Assembly: GCA_023229985.1 (NCBI GenBank)
Contig: JALNYF010000002.1
Span: forward strand, 3,537-67,536
Length of the DNA stretch: 64,000 nt
Direction of reading: 5' to 3'
From: Bacteroidales bacterium
GTDB taxonomy: Bacteria > Bacteroidota > Bacteroidia > Bacteroidales > WCHB1-69
The notes beneath the pieces were generated by a model. That model did no database searches and was not told where the DNA came from. It worked only from the letters and a program-made list of their open reading frames with translations. Below, in pieces: positions 19,125 through 28,762 of this stretch (within the stretch, counting starts at the first letter, position 1; each line of letters begins with the position of its first letter). The position numbers were made by a program, and so were the translations under genes.

Positions 19125-20873
19125 TTAATTCGCCTTTTTTAATTCAACTGGACTTCCATTTTGATTATAGATAATCAGCTGCCCCGACTGTGTGACAAAC
19201 AGCAGTTGATTCCCAAATAAAACATTGGCAACCGTATCTTTTTCCGGAATTTCAATTTCTACTTGTCCTTGCATTAAACTGTTGTTAGTACTATAATATT
19301 TTAACGTATCGTTTTGATAATTGGATTCGTAAACGGTAGTTTTCATACCAATCATCTGGTTGTTTTTTTGGTCAAACTTCAAAAAATTGATAACGATACT
19401 GTCGCGGACATCATTTTGTGAGTCGCTTTGTGAGTAATAGAAAGTATTGTCTATTAAATAGTTGGATACGGCATCTCTGTTCATTTCAACTTCAATCTTA
19501 TTTTCTGTGGTTTCGGAGAAGTGGGTTCTGATTGCTTTTTCGCCGATGAAAACGCCGGCACCTGCGAAGTAACCCAGGAGGGCAATCCAAGAGATATGTT
19601 TCAAGTACCAAATAAAATCAATTTTTTCCATTCCCATGACGGCAACGCCGGCAGCAGAACCGATGATGAGAATACTGCCACCTGTACCGGCGCAGTAGGC
19701 TAACATTTCCCAGAAATAGTGGTCAGTGGGGAAATCGTACATTCCTATGGCACCTGCTACTAACGGAACATTATCCACGATAGAGGACAAAAGACCAATT
19801 AATAAGTTGATAACGTAGTATTTACTTGGTTCTTGTAGTGCAATTCCATCCAAGCTGTTGGCTAACAACGATAAGTGTCCGATTGCTTGTAAGGCATTGA
19901 TAGCTAGTAAAATACCGAGGAAGAACATGATGCTGGGAACGTCCACACGGGTAATAATGGTGGTGATGGAGTATCTGGATCTTTCTGTTTCGGTTGCATC
20001 GCGATGTACTATTTCGGAGAGAAGCCACATAATACCTAAGCCACCCAACATACCGATATAGGGAGGAAGGTGGGTTATCGTTTTAAAAACCGGGACAAAC
20101 AGGAGCACGCCGACGCCGACACATAAGAATAATACACGTTGCCAATTTTGGGTTTGAAAAGATGCATCTAAATTGTCTTCATCCATTTGCGGTTGTGCAA
20201 CTTCGCCTTTTAGGATAAAGGAAAGAACTCCCAATGGCACTATTAAGGAAGCTAAACTTGCCAAGAAAGTCATTTCAATGATGTTCAAGGTCGAAACTTT
20301 GCCTGCTATCCACAACATAATGGTGGTAACGTCACCGATGGGGGACCATGCTCCGCCGGAATTGGCAGCAAGAATAATCATACTAGCAAAGAACCAGCGG
20401 TCTTTCTTTTCCCCTACTATTTTTCGTAATAAAGCCACCATAACGATGGATGTGGTCAAATTGTCTAAAGCGGCGGACATAAAAAAGGTGAGGATGGAGA
20501 GTATCCATAGTAATTTTACTTTCTTTTTTGTGGTGATTTTATCGGTGATAATTTTAAAACCACCTTGAGCATCAATCAGTTCCACGATAGTCATGGCACC
20601 TAACAAAAAGAAGAGGATTTCGGAAATTTCGCCCAATGCATGGATTAATTTGGAATGAATCAGCCAATCGGAGAAATTACTACCCGGGTTATTCATTACA
20701 TATTCACGCAAAGAATCGGTATTCACTAAGATCCCTTCGCCGCCTACAACTGCACAAACCCATAGCAAGACTCCTAATAATAAGGCAGTTGCAGTTTTAT
20801 TAATTTTCAATGGATGTTCAAGTGCTATGACGGCATAGCCAATGATGAACGCAACAATCATGAATAGAAACAT
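19125..20873 (-). CDS. nhaD: NhaD-type Na+/H+ antiporter (ArsB/NhaD permease superfamily) with a C-terminal extension of about 125 aa
   Basis: 582 aa. About 450 aa of polytopic membrane domain, then a hydrophilic N/Q/S-rich, beta-strand-like tail (ETTENKIEVEMNRDAVSNYL...LIIYNQNGSPVELKKAN). Confidence 0.7.
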   Translation of the reverse strand: MFLFMIVAFIIGYAVIALEHPLKINKTATALLLGVLLWVCAVVGGEGILVNTDSLREYVMNNPGSNFSDWLIHSKLIHALGEISEILFFLLGAMTIVELIDAQGGFKIITDKITTKKKVKLLWILSILTFFMSAALDNLTTSIVMVALLRKIVGEKKDRWFFASMIILAANSGGAWSPIGDVTTIMLWIAGKVSTLNIIEMTFLASLASLIVPLGVLSFILKGEVAQPQMDEDNLDASFQTQNWQRVLFLCVGVGVLLFVPVFKTITHLPPYIGMLGGLGIMWLLSEIVHRDATETERSRYSITTIITRVDVPSIMFFLGILLAINALQAIGHLSLLANSLDGIALQEPSKYYVINLLIGLLSSIVDNVPLVAGAIGMYDFPTDHYFWEMLAYCAGTGGSILIIGSAAGVAVMGMEKIDFIWYLKHISWIALLGYFAGAGVFIGEKAIRTHFSETTENKIEVEMNRDAVSNYLIDNTFYYSQSDSQNDVRDSIVINFLKFDQKNNQMIGMKTTVYESNYQNDTLKYYSTNNSLMQGQVEIEIPEKDTVANVLFGNQLLFVTQSGQLIIYNQNGSPVELKKAN

Positions 20874-20876
20874 AAC

Positions 20877-21770
20877 TTATAAATTTTGATTTTTAATTAG
20901 TATTTCGTTCTTAACCGATTCCATCAACCACATCGGCGTTGAGGTTGCTCCGCAAATGCCGATAGTGTCGGTATGGGAAATGACAATCCCTTGTAGTTGT
21001 TCAATTTTTGAAATCAAAAATGTATTTGGATTTACTTTCTTACAAATGTTATATAAATAAAGCCCATTTGAACTCTTTTCGCCGGACACAAAAAAAATGA
21101 TGTTGTAATGTGCTGCAAATTCCTGTATCTGTTTGGCACGGTTGATCACACTTTTGCAAATGGTATTGACAGATTTAAAATTCTGGGGGAACTCTTTTTT
21201 ATCGTACCTTTCTTGAATCGCAGAAATCAGGGCTTCGTACTCTTCAATATTTTGGGTAGTTTGTGAATAGAGTATGGCAGGTTTGTCAAAGTCTATTTTG
21301 TCAATATCTTTAAGAGATGAAATAACGATTCCTTTTTGCCCGATTTGTCCGATTAAACCAACGACTTCGGCGTGCCCTTTTTTCCCAAAAATGAGAATCT
21401 GAGTATTGATATCTGCGAGGGTTTCAAAAGAAAGTTTGATGTTTTGTTGGAGTTGGAGTACGACTTGGCAGGTCGTATCAATCAGTTCAATCCGATTTTT
21501 TTCTGCCAAACGATAAGTCTCAGGTGGCTCGCCGTGCGCACGAATCAGCACACGCACATTGTGCAAACGGCTCATTTCTTCGTGTGTAATAATACGTAAG
21601 CCCATCTGTGTCAGTCGTTGCAACTCCTCGTTATTGTGCACAATATCACCCAGACAATACAAAGTCTGTTCTTTTTCAAGCCATTGTTCCGCAGTTTTGA
21701 TGGCATTAATTACCCCAATGCAGAAGCCGGAATGTTTGTCAATCTCTACTTGTATCGGGTTTAGTGGCAT
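20877..21770 (-). CDS. ispH: 4-hydroxy-3-methylbut-2-enyl diphosphate reductase
   Basis: 297 aa. HSGFCIGV first cluster cysteine. Length and conserved cysteine/His pattern match IspH/LytB. Confidence 0.9.
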   Translation of the reverse strand: MPLNPIQVEIDKHSGFCIGVINAIKTAEQWLEKEQTLYCLGDIVHNNEELQRLTQMGLRIITHEEMSRLHNVRVLIRAHGEPPETYRLAEKNRIELIDTTCQVVLQLQQNIKLSFETLADINTQILIFGKKGHAEVVGLIGQIGQKGIVISSLKDIDKIDFDKPAILYSQTTQNIEEYEALISAIQERYDKKEFPQNFKSVNTICKSVINRAKQIQEFAAHYNIIFFVSGEKSSNGLYLYNICKKVNPNTFLISKIEQLQGIVISHTDTIGICGATSTPMWLMESVKNEILIKNQNL

Positions 21771-21794
21771 ATGTCATCATCGTTTTTGAGGTGG

Positions 21795-21802
21795 CAAAAA
21801 TA
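21795..21802 (-). promoter_or_regulatory. candidate -7 box (TATTTTTG on the minus strand) for ispH
   Basis: The plus strand reads CAAAAATA, about 25 nt upstream of the ispH ATG. Confidence 0.45.
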
Positions 21803-21906
21803 CAAAAAAATCGTTGTTATTTTCTATTTTCAAGCATATTATCATTAAAAATCACATGAATATTTTTTTATCTTTAAATGACAAGTCAGTGCATAAAAAA
21901 AATGTG

Positions 21907-21914
21907 TATTTTTG
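21907..21914 (+). promoter_or_regulatory. candidate -7 box TATTTTTG for ricT/gldH
   Basis: TAnnTTTG followed by CACC, 44 nt upstream of the ATG at 21958. Confidence 0.5.
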
Positions 21915-21957
21915 CACCTTGTTATAATGAATTGAAAAAAATAGATAAATCAGATAC

Positions 21958-23145
21958 ATGAAATACGACGAAATTGATGCCGATCACTCCCAAATCGAAA
22001 ATTTAGATGAGTATTTGAACTTAGACATACGAGTTCCGGTGAGTAAAGAAACCAGCAAGTTGGTGGAGAACCCGTTTCTTTCGCGCGGAGTGGGCGATAT
22101 CCCTAATCCGAATGAGGTAAATTGCTCTTCATATAGTGAAACTTGTTGCAAATTACGTAGTTATGACTGGATGTCCAAAATGGATATTTCGATTGACTAT
22201 TTGGAGTGCCCCTACGCTGAAGTGCGTTTCAAAAACAGCCATAAAGAATTTTTTCTGTTACCACACGAGGGTAGTTTTAAAGTGGGGGACATTGTCGCCG
22301 TGGAATCTACCCCCGGTCACGACATCGGCATTATCTCGATGCTCGGGAAAAGTGTTTATAGACAGCTGAAGCATAAACGCATGAATGAAACCGAGATATC
22401 CAAGAAATTATACCGCACGGCGCGTTATTCTGATATTGAAAAATGGATTTCTACCGTCAATTCGGAACATACGACGATGCTTTCTTCTCGTTATATTGCG
22501 TGGGATTTAGGTTTGAAAATGAAGGTCAATGATGTTGAATATCAAGGCGATGGAACGAAAGCCATCTTCTATTATTCGGCGGAAGACAGAGTCGATTTCA
22601 GGGAATTGATTAAAATATTGGCAGAGCAATTCCGTATCCGTATTGAGATGCGTCAGATTGGCGTGCGGCAAGAAGCCGGACGTTTGGGAGGCATTGGCAC
22701 TTGCGGGCGTGAATTGTGTTGCTCGTCATGGCTTACCAATTTTCAATCTGTTTCTACTTCTTCTGCCCGTACACAGCAACTCTCCCTGAACCCGCAAAAA
22801 TTGGCCGGACAGTGCGGCAAACTTAAATGCTGCCTCAACTTTGAACAAGCTACTTATGTGGATGAACTCAAAAATTTTCCTGCTCCCAATGTTCCCCTTA
22901 AAGTTAAAAAAGGGAAAGGCGTTTACAACAAAATTGATATTTTTAAGAAAATAGTGTGGTACAATTATGCCAACGACAATTCGACTATGTTCGCCATTCC
23001 GTTGGATAAAGTGAACCAGATTATAGAAATGAACAAAAATAATAAGTACCCGGAATCATTGGAAGAGTTCGCTATCGTTAATCAAAAGAAAATGGAAGAA
23101 GTTGGTTACAGCTTAGATGAACTGAAAAATATTGAAGATAAATAA
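21958..23145 (+). CDS. ricT: PSP1 domain protein (RicT/YaaT-like)
   Basis: 395 aa. PSP1 C-terminal domain with a Cys-rich segment GGIGTCGRELCCSSWL...GQCGKLKCCLNFE. Confidence 0.8.
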   Translation: MKYDEIDADHSQIENLDEYLNLDIRVPVSKETSKLVENPFLSRGVGDIPNPNEVNCSSYSETCCKLRSYDWMSKMDISIDYLECPYAEVRFKNSHKEFFLLPHEGSFKVGDIVAVESTPGHDIGIISMLGKSVYRQLKHKRMNETEISKKLYRTARYSDIEKWISTVNSEHTTMLSSRYIAWDLGLKMKVNDVEYQGDGTKAIFYYSAEDRVDFRELIKILAEQFRIRIEMRQIGVRQEAGRLGGIGTCGRELCCSSWLTNFQSVSTSSARTQQLSLNPQKLAGQCGKLKCCLNFEQATYVDELKNFPAPNVPLKVKKGKGVYNKIDIFKKIVWYNYANDNSTMFAIPLDKVNQIIEMNKNNKYPESLEEFAIVNQKKMEEVGYSLDELKNIEDK

Positions 23146-23148
23146 GTT

Positions 23149-23637
23149 ATGAAATACAGGAACGTTTTCTTATGCCTTTTTCTTTCCTTGTTTTTGTTTT
23201 CATCTTGCAAGCATGATATTTTTTATGAAGAGATTCATTCGATTGAAAATGAAACATGGAATGTAAAAAACGTGCTGAACTGTGAGTTTGAAATTACCGA
23301 TACGATGCAGTTTTATACGATGTATATGGATATTCGGAACAGTGTTGATTTTGAAACCCGAAATTTGTATGTTTTTATGGATACGGAAGATCCGAATGGC
23401 ACGAAATCGCGTGATACATTGGAATTCGTGTTGGCCGACGCTCACGGTAATTGGAAAGGAAAGGGGAATGGGCGCTTGAAAGATTATCAATATTTGTTTT
23501 ATCCAAAGGTCAGATTTCCGTATAAAGGAACTTATCATTTTTCTTTTCAACAAGCTATGCGTCAAGATGATGTTGTAGGAATTGCCAACTTCGGAATGAC
23601 TGTTTATACTTTCGATGAGAAAAGATTTATAAAATAA
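23149..23637 (+). CDS. gldH: gliding-motility-associated lipoprotein GldH (candidate)
   Basis: 162 aa. Lipoprotein signal (LFLFSSC). Size and position directly after the PSP1 gene fit the ricT-gldH synteny I recall for Bacteroidota. Not verified by search. Confidence 0.55.
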   Translation: MKYRNVFLCLFLSLFLFSSCKHDIFYEEIHSIENETWNVKNVLNCEFEITDTMQFYTMYMDIRNSVDFETRNLYVFMDTEDPNGTKSRDTLEFVLADAHGNWKGKGNGRLKDYQYLFYPKVRFPYKGTYHFSFQQAMRQDDVVGIANFGMTVYTFDEKRFIK

Positions 23638-23663
23638 TGGTTGCCAATATGTAAAAAATTATG

Positions 23664-23671
23664 TATCTTTG
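23664..23671 (+). promoter_or_regulatory. candidate -7 box TATCTTTG for rocD
   Basis: TAnnTTTG, 45 nt upstream of the ATG at 23716. Confidence 0.5.
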
Positions 23672-23715
23672 CCGACTTTCATTAAAACAACTAAATCATT
23701 AAATATTAAAACATT

Positions 23716-24942
23716 ATGGTAGAAAAAATTACAACAAGCAAACAAGCCATGGAAATGGAAGACAAGTACGGTGCGCACAATTATCATCCGCTCGGCGTTG
23801 TTCTTTCTAAAGCAAAAGGTCCTTTTATGTGGGATGTAGAAGGAAAAAAGTATTTCGATTTCCTTTCAGCATATTCTGCTGTTAACCAAGGTCACTGTCA
23901 CCCGAAAATTGTGGATGCGATGGTTGACCAAGCTCGAACATTAACTCTTACTTCCCGTGCTTTCTATAATGATTGTTTGGGACCATATGAAAAATATATA
24001 ACGGAAACTTTCGGCTATGATAAAGTATTACCGATGAATTCCGGTGCCGAAGCTGATGAAACAGCCTTGAAATTGTGCAGAAAATGGGCATATATGAAAA
24101 AAGGTCTTCCTGAAAACCAAGCCAAAATCATCGTTTGTGACGGCAACTTTCACGGCAGAACCATCACCATTATTTCCATGTCCACCGACCCTGACGCATA
24201 CGCAGGCTACGGTCCGTTTACTCCCGGTTTCATAAAAGTTCCTTACAATGATATTCCCGCTTTGGAAAAAACATTGGAAGATCCGAATATTGCCGGTTTT
24301 ATTGTTGAACCTATCCAAGGTGAAGCCGGTGTATATGTACCAGAAGACGGCTATTTGAAAAAAGCATCCGATCTTTGCAAAGCCAAAAATGTGCTTTTTA
24401 TTGCTGATGAAGTTCAAACAGGTATCGCGCGTACAGGTAAAATGTTGGCTTGCGACCACGAAAACGTTCGTCCCGACATTCTTATCTTAGGAAAAGCATT
24501 ATCCGGTGGTACCATGCCGGTTTCTGCTGTCTTAGCCGATGACGACATTATGCTTTGTATCAAACCCGGTGAACACGGCTCTACTTTCGGTGGAAATCCG
24601 GTAGCTTGTAAAGTGGCTATCGCTGCATTAGAAGTAGTTAAAGAAGAAAAATTGGCTGAACGTGCCGAACGTCTTGGAAAAATCTTCCGCGACGAAATGT
24701 GCAGCGTAAAAAGCGATATGATTCAATTGGTGAGAGGTAAAGGCTTACTCAATGCTGTTATTATTCGCCCCAAAAACGGAAAAGAAGCTTGGGACGTTTG
24801 CGAAAAAATGAAAGAAATGGGCGTCTTGGCTAAGCCAACCCACCAACATATCATTCGTTTCGCTCCTCCATTGGTCATCTCTGAAGAAGAATTGAGAGAA
24901 GCTATCGAAATTATTAAAAAAGCAATCATTAGCTTCGAATAA
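23716..24942 (+). CDS. rocD: ornithine--oxo-acid aminotransferase
   Basis: 408 aa. [10 protein letters not shown]...[19 protein letters not shown] is typical of RocD/OAT. PLP lysine context ILGKALSGG. Confidence 0.88.
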   Translation: MVEKITTSKQAMEMEDKYGAHNYHPLGVVLSKAKGPFMWDVEGKKYFDFLSAYSAVNQGHCHPKIVDAMVDQARTLTLTSRAFYNDCLGPYEKYITETFGYDKVLPMNSGAEADETALKLCRKWAYMKKGLPENQAKIIVCDGNFHGRTITIISMSTDPDAYAGYGPFTPGFIKVPYNDIPALEKTLEDPNIAGFIVEPIQGEAGVYVPEDGYLKKASDLCKAKNVLFIADEVQTGIARTGKMLACDHENVRPDILILGKALSGGTMPVSAVLADDDIMLCIKPGEHGSTFGGNPVACKVAIAALEVVKEEKLAERAERLGKIFRDEMCSVKSDMIQLVRGKGLLNAVIIRPKNGKEAWDVCEKMKEMGVLAKPTHQHIIRFAPPLVISEEELREAIEIIKKAIISFE

Positions 24943-24963
24943 TAGAAGTTATCTGAACTCTAT

Positions 24964-25016
24964 TTCCCGCAGGTGCCCTTCCCAAACTTGGAAAAGTCGC
25001 CTGCGGGAATTTTTTT
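24964..25016 (+). terminator. rho-independent terminator after rocD
   Basis: Perfect 10-bp stem TTCCCGCAGG (24964-24973) / CCTGCGGGAA (25000-25009) followed by T7. The loop is long. Confidence 0.6.
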
Positions 25017-25090
25017 AGATAATACTTTGAACAACGATTCATTGCGATTGTTAATAATAAATTGATTATCAACTTTAAACCTTTATTTTT

Positions 25091-25609
25091 ATGATTAACG
25101 AAAGAATGGAAAAAGAAATTAATGACCAAATCAATGCCGAATTTTGGTCAGCTTATCTTTATTTAAGTATGTCCGCTTGGTTTACGCAACGAAATCTCCC
25201 CGGTTTTGCAAACTGGATGTATGTACAATATCAAGAAGAAATATCTCACGGAATGAAAATGTTCCGTTATATTCACGAACGGGGCGGTAACGTTAAGTTA
25301 TTACCCATTGCCAAAGTAGATTCCGAATGGAAATCCCCGTCTGATGCTTTTCAATCCACCTTGGAACACGAACGTAAAGTTACCTCTTTAATTAACTCTT
25401 TGATGGACACTGCTCACGAAATAAGAGATTATGCAACGATCAATTTCTTGAATTGGTACATCGAAGAACAAGTGGAAGAAGAAGCTAATGCAGACGAAAT
25501 CTACAACAAATTATTAATGGTTGAAAAAGACTTGGCTGCTTTATACGCTTTGGACAAAGAATATAGCACGCGCGTATTCGTAGATGCCACCTTACCCGCA
25601 GCTGAATAA
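25091..25609 (+). CDS. non-haem ferritin
   Basis: 172 aa. Ferroxidase-centre residues in INAEFWSAYLYLSMSAWF, QEEISHGMKMFRYIHERGG and HERKVT. Confidence 0.88.
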   Translation: MINERMEKEINDQINAEFWSAYLYLSMSAWFTQRNLPGFANWMYVQYQEEISHGMKMFRYIHERGGNVKLLPIAKVDSEWKSPSDAFQSTLEHERKVTSLINSLMDTAHEIRDYATINFLNWYIEEQVEEEANADEIYNKLLMVEKDLAALYALDKEYSTRVFVDATLPAAE

Positions 25610-25631
25610 TTGATTTTTTCAATAAATGATC

Positions 25632-25664
25632 GCAGGAATGTCTCCCAGACATTCCTGCTTTTTT
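25632..25664 (+). terminator. rho-independent terminator after the ferritin gene
   Basis: Perfect 12-bp stem GCAGGAATGTCT / AGACATTCCTGC with a 3-nt loop, followed by T6. Confidence 0.85.
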
Positions 25665-26036
25665 GTTGGACGTTTTTACAGAGAGTTTAAAACAGCATAA
25701 TCATATTTTTCTCCCAAATCCAATGATGAAGATACTCGATTGTGTTAATATTTATGATTATATTTGACGTTTTTTGATGTTGATTTTTTATAAATTATTG
25801 CTAATCAGATATATAAAAAATAATTGTGAAAAATAAAGAAAAATGAAACAATAAAAAAATAATTCCTTAGATTTGTGGATTGATTTTTAGAATTGAGTAT
25901 GTCGGACTTTGCAAAAACTAAATTATTGGTAAAAAACAGTACTCAAGAGTTTGATTATTTTATTTTTTAGAAGTGTACAATGGGAAAAATCCCGCTTTAT
26001 AATAAAAAATCATATTATTAATCAAAATTTTATATT

Positions 26037-27422
26037 ATGGAAAAAAAATTGACATTCTTACTTCACACAGCATTGATAATGTTGTGTTTGTGCTGTTTTG
26101 GTGCTTTTCAGAGCCAAGCTCAAATCAATGAAAGCATGAATGAAAATCCGGCAGGTACCAAACCGGCACGGCATGTTTCCACCGGTACTGTCACTTCCCC
26201 TGTTAGTCAGTTACAGCCCTTGCAGTTGTTGCGAGGCAATACTGCGTATGGCTTTAATGTTTGGGACGAAAATTCCACCTATCCGAAGTACGTTTCTTTT
26301 GACGTAGCTGCTCCCCAAACGGTCACTGATATTACTACACCATCCTTATCGTTTGTTGCAGGTGAGTATTACGACGGGGCTTATTATTGTTCTGAAGAAA
26401 ATAATGGTTTTTACCGTCTTGATCCTGCCACCGGCACAGCCACTCTTATCTCTACTCAATCTACCAGTTTCCAAGATATGGCGTATGATTATTCTACCAA
26501 CAAGATGTATGGAATTAATTCGACCGGCTTATATACGATTGATTTGAATACCGGATATTTTACTTTTATTAATGCAGTTGCCGGTATGACGGAAACCCCC
26601 ATCACTTTAGCTTGTGACCTTGCCGGTAATATGTATTCTATTGAAGTTACGACAGGATATTTTTATTCTATCAACAAGACTACCGCTACCGCAACGTTGA
26701 TTGCTTCTACTAATACTCCAACCCGCTACCGACAAACGATGGGCTTTGACCATAATACGGGGATTCTTTATTGGGCAAATTGCAATGAAGATGATGGCGT
26801 ATTTGGTATTATTAATCCTGCTACGGGCTCAGTTACTTCTCTTGGAATGCTAGGAGCAAACATTGAGTTGATCGGGTTTTATGTTCCTTATACGGCAGTT
26901 CTTACCTGCGATGCTCCTACTAACATGACAGTGGCTTCTTTCGAAACGGAATTGCAACTTTCCTGGGATCCACCTGCCGATGCCTCCAATTTGGTTGAAT
27001 ACTTGATATATCAGGACTTAGCTCAAACACCGTTGGCAACTACCACTAATACTTATTATACTGTCAATCAATCGCTTCAACCGGGCGTTCAATACTGCTA
27101 TACTGTAAAAGCTTATTATAATAATACATGCTTGTCAGATCCATCCAACTCCGATTGTGGACAGCTCACCGTGGGAATCAACGAAAATAGAGCCAATAAT
27201 CAGGTGAAATTATTCCCGAATCCAACTTCTAATGTGTTGAATGTCTCCGCTCCGGGGTATCAATCATTTGAAATTATCAATTATCTCGGACAGGTAATTA
27301 ATTCCCGTTCCCTGACCAACGAACAAACCATCATCAATGTTGCCAATTTGTCTGACGGTATTTATTTTATTAAATTGAAAAATAAAGACCATGTTACAAC
27401 GATGAAATTTATCAAACGATAA
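26037..27422 (+). CDS. T9SS-secreted protein: N-terminal repeat (propeller-like) region, FN3-like module, type A C-terminal sorting domain
   Basis: 461 aa with a signal peptide. Four repeats of roughly 45 aa (GFYRLDPATGTATLIS, GLYTIDLNTGYFTFIN, GYFYSINKTTATATLIA, GVFGIINPATGSVTSLG). The C-terminus KLFPNPTSNVLNV...GIYFIKLKN...KFIKR matches the Por/T9SS sorting domain. Confidence 0.75.
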   Translation: MEKKLTFLLHTALIMLCLCCFGAFQSQAQINESMNENPAGTKPARHVSTGTVTSPVSQLQPLQLLRGNTAYGFNVWDENSTYPKYVSFDVAAPQTVTDITTPSLSFVAGEYYDGAYYCSEENNGFYRLDPATGTATLISTQSTSFQDMAYDYSTNKMYGINSTGLYTIDLNTGYFTFINAVAGMTETPITLACDLAGNMYSIEVTTGYFYSINKTTATATLIASTNTPTRYRQTMGFDHNTGILYWANCNEDDGVFGIINPATGSVTSLGMLGANIELIGFYVPYTAVLTCDAPTNMTVASFETELQLSWDPPADASNLVEYLIYQDLAQTPLATTTNTYYTVNQSLQPGVQYCYTVKAYYNNTCLSDPSNSDCGQLTVGINENRANNQVKLFPNPTSNVLNVSAPGYQSFEIINYLGQVINSRSLTNEQTIINVANLSDGIYFIKLKNKDHVTTMKFIKR

Positions 27423-27434
27423 ATTGATTTTCTC

Positions 27435-27468
27435 AAAAAAAAGCGGGATGATGTCCCGCTTTTTTTTT
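27435..27468. terminator. bidirectional rho-independent terminator between the T9SS cargo gene and hutI
   Basis: Stem AGCGGGA / TCCCGCT with loop TGATG, flanked by an A-run (27435-27441) and a T8 run (27461-27468). Confidence 0.8.
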
Positions 27469-27499
27469 GATTTATGTGTAAAAGAAAACCTCGTTTCCT

Positions 27500-28762
27500 T
27501 TAAATTTTTTGACCTTTTAATATCACGGTTTCCACTTTGTTGGAGCCGAAAGCGTAAGGCATAAATTCAATATTTTGCATTTGTTTGGTGATGAAGAAGT
27601 TGGCAAGTTTTCCTTTGGCAATGGTGCCTAATTCTTCATTCACACCCATGGCATACGCGGTATTGAGGGTGGTAGCGTTGATGGCTTCTTCCGGTAACAT
27701 CTTGTAATGGATACAAGCCATAGAAAGTACAAATTGCATATTGCCGGAAGGAGACGAGCCCGGGTTGTAATCCGATGCCATGGCAACGGGAAGTCCGGCT
27801 TCCATCATTTTGCGGGCAGGTGCGTAGGGCATTCCCAAAAAGAACGCTGCACCGGGCAAAATAGTCGGCATCGTTTCTGAACCTAACAACACTTCTATCT
27901 CTTCATCACCTGTATATTCTAAATGATCAACCGAGCGGGCATTGTACTTAACACCTACCTGAATTCCTCCCGAATAATCCAATTCGTTGGCATGTATTTT
28001 GGGATATAAACCATATTTAATTCCTTGCATCAGAATACGTTCCGTATCTTCTACCGTAAAGAAACCGCGGTCGCAAAAGACATCAATAAAATCTGCCAAT
28101 TCCTCCGCTGCCACCATCGGAATCATCTCGTTGATAATTAAATCCACGTATTCGGTTTGTCTGCCCAAATATTCTTTCGGTACCGCATGGGCACCCAAAA
28201 AATTGGATTTGATGGTGAGTAGTGATTTCTCTTTCAATCGGCGAATGACGCGCAACATTTTCAATTCATCTTCGGTGGAAAGTCCGTAGCCGCTCTTGAT
28301 TTCCACGGCACCGGTTCCGAAAGAAGCCATTTCCGAAAGACGTTCCCACGCACTGTCAAAGAGTTCATCTTCAGTTGCTTTGCGTAACCGTTCCACGGAA
28401 TTGAGAATACCGCCACCGCGTTTGGCAATCTCTTCATAAGAAAGTCCCTTGATTTTGTCGATATATTCAATCTCACGGCTACCGGCATAGACAGTATGCG
28501 TGTGAGAATCGCAAAAAGTGGGGAATACCATTTTTCCTGTAGCGTCAATGACTTCGACTTTTCCTTTGAGGTTAGAGAGCTTTTCCTCTTTCCAATCGCT
28601 CATTTTCCCGAAATCAATGATAATTTCTCCATCGGTTAATAAAAATGCATCGTCTATGCAGTTTAATTGTTGCATGGTTTTGCCCGCACGAAAAAGTTCA
28701 GGTTCGTTTTCGACCTGAACTAATTTCCGGATATTTTTTACTAAAAAAGCGCTGTTTTTCAT
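27500..28762 (-). CDS. hutI: imidazolonepropionase
   Basis: 420 aa. Amidohydrolase HxH motif in FCDSHTHTVYAGSR, plus YEEIAKRGGGILNSV, which is typical of HutI. Confidence 0.85.
   Translation of the reverse strand: MKNSAFLVKNIRKLVQVENEPELFRAGKTMQQLNCIDDAFLLTDGEIIIDFGKMSDWKEEKLSNLKGKVEVIDATGKMVFPTFCDSHTHTVYAGSREIEYIDKIKGLSYEEIAKRGGGILNSVERLRKATEDELFDSAWERLSEMASFGTGAVEIKSGYGLSTEDELKMLRVIRRLKEKSLLTIKSNFLGAHAVPKEYLGRQTEYVDLIINEMIPMVAAEELADFIDVFCDRGFFTVEDTERILMQGIKYGLYPKIHANELDYSGGIQVGVKYNARSVDHLEYTGDEEIEVLLGSETMPTILPGAAFFLGMPYAPARKMMEAGLPVAMASDYNPGSSPSGNMQFVLSMACIHYKMLPEEAINATTLNTAYAMGVNEELGTIAKGKLANFFITKQMQNIEFMPYAFGSNKVETVILKGQKI

Noticed and set aside
25040-25075. A Fur box upstream of the ferritin gene (TTAATAATAAATTGATTATC)
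   Set aside because: Only about 11 of 19 positions match the classical enterobacterial Fur consensus in my hand alignment. In AT-rich DNA that is not meaningful without a clade-specific matrix.
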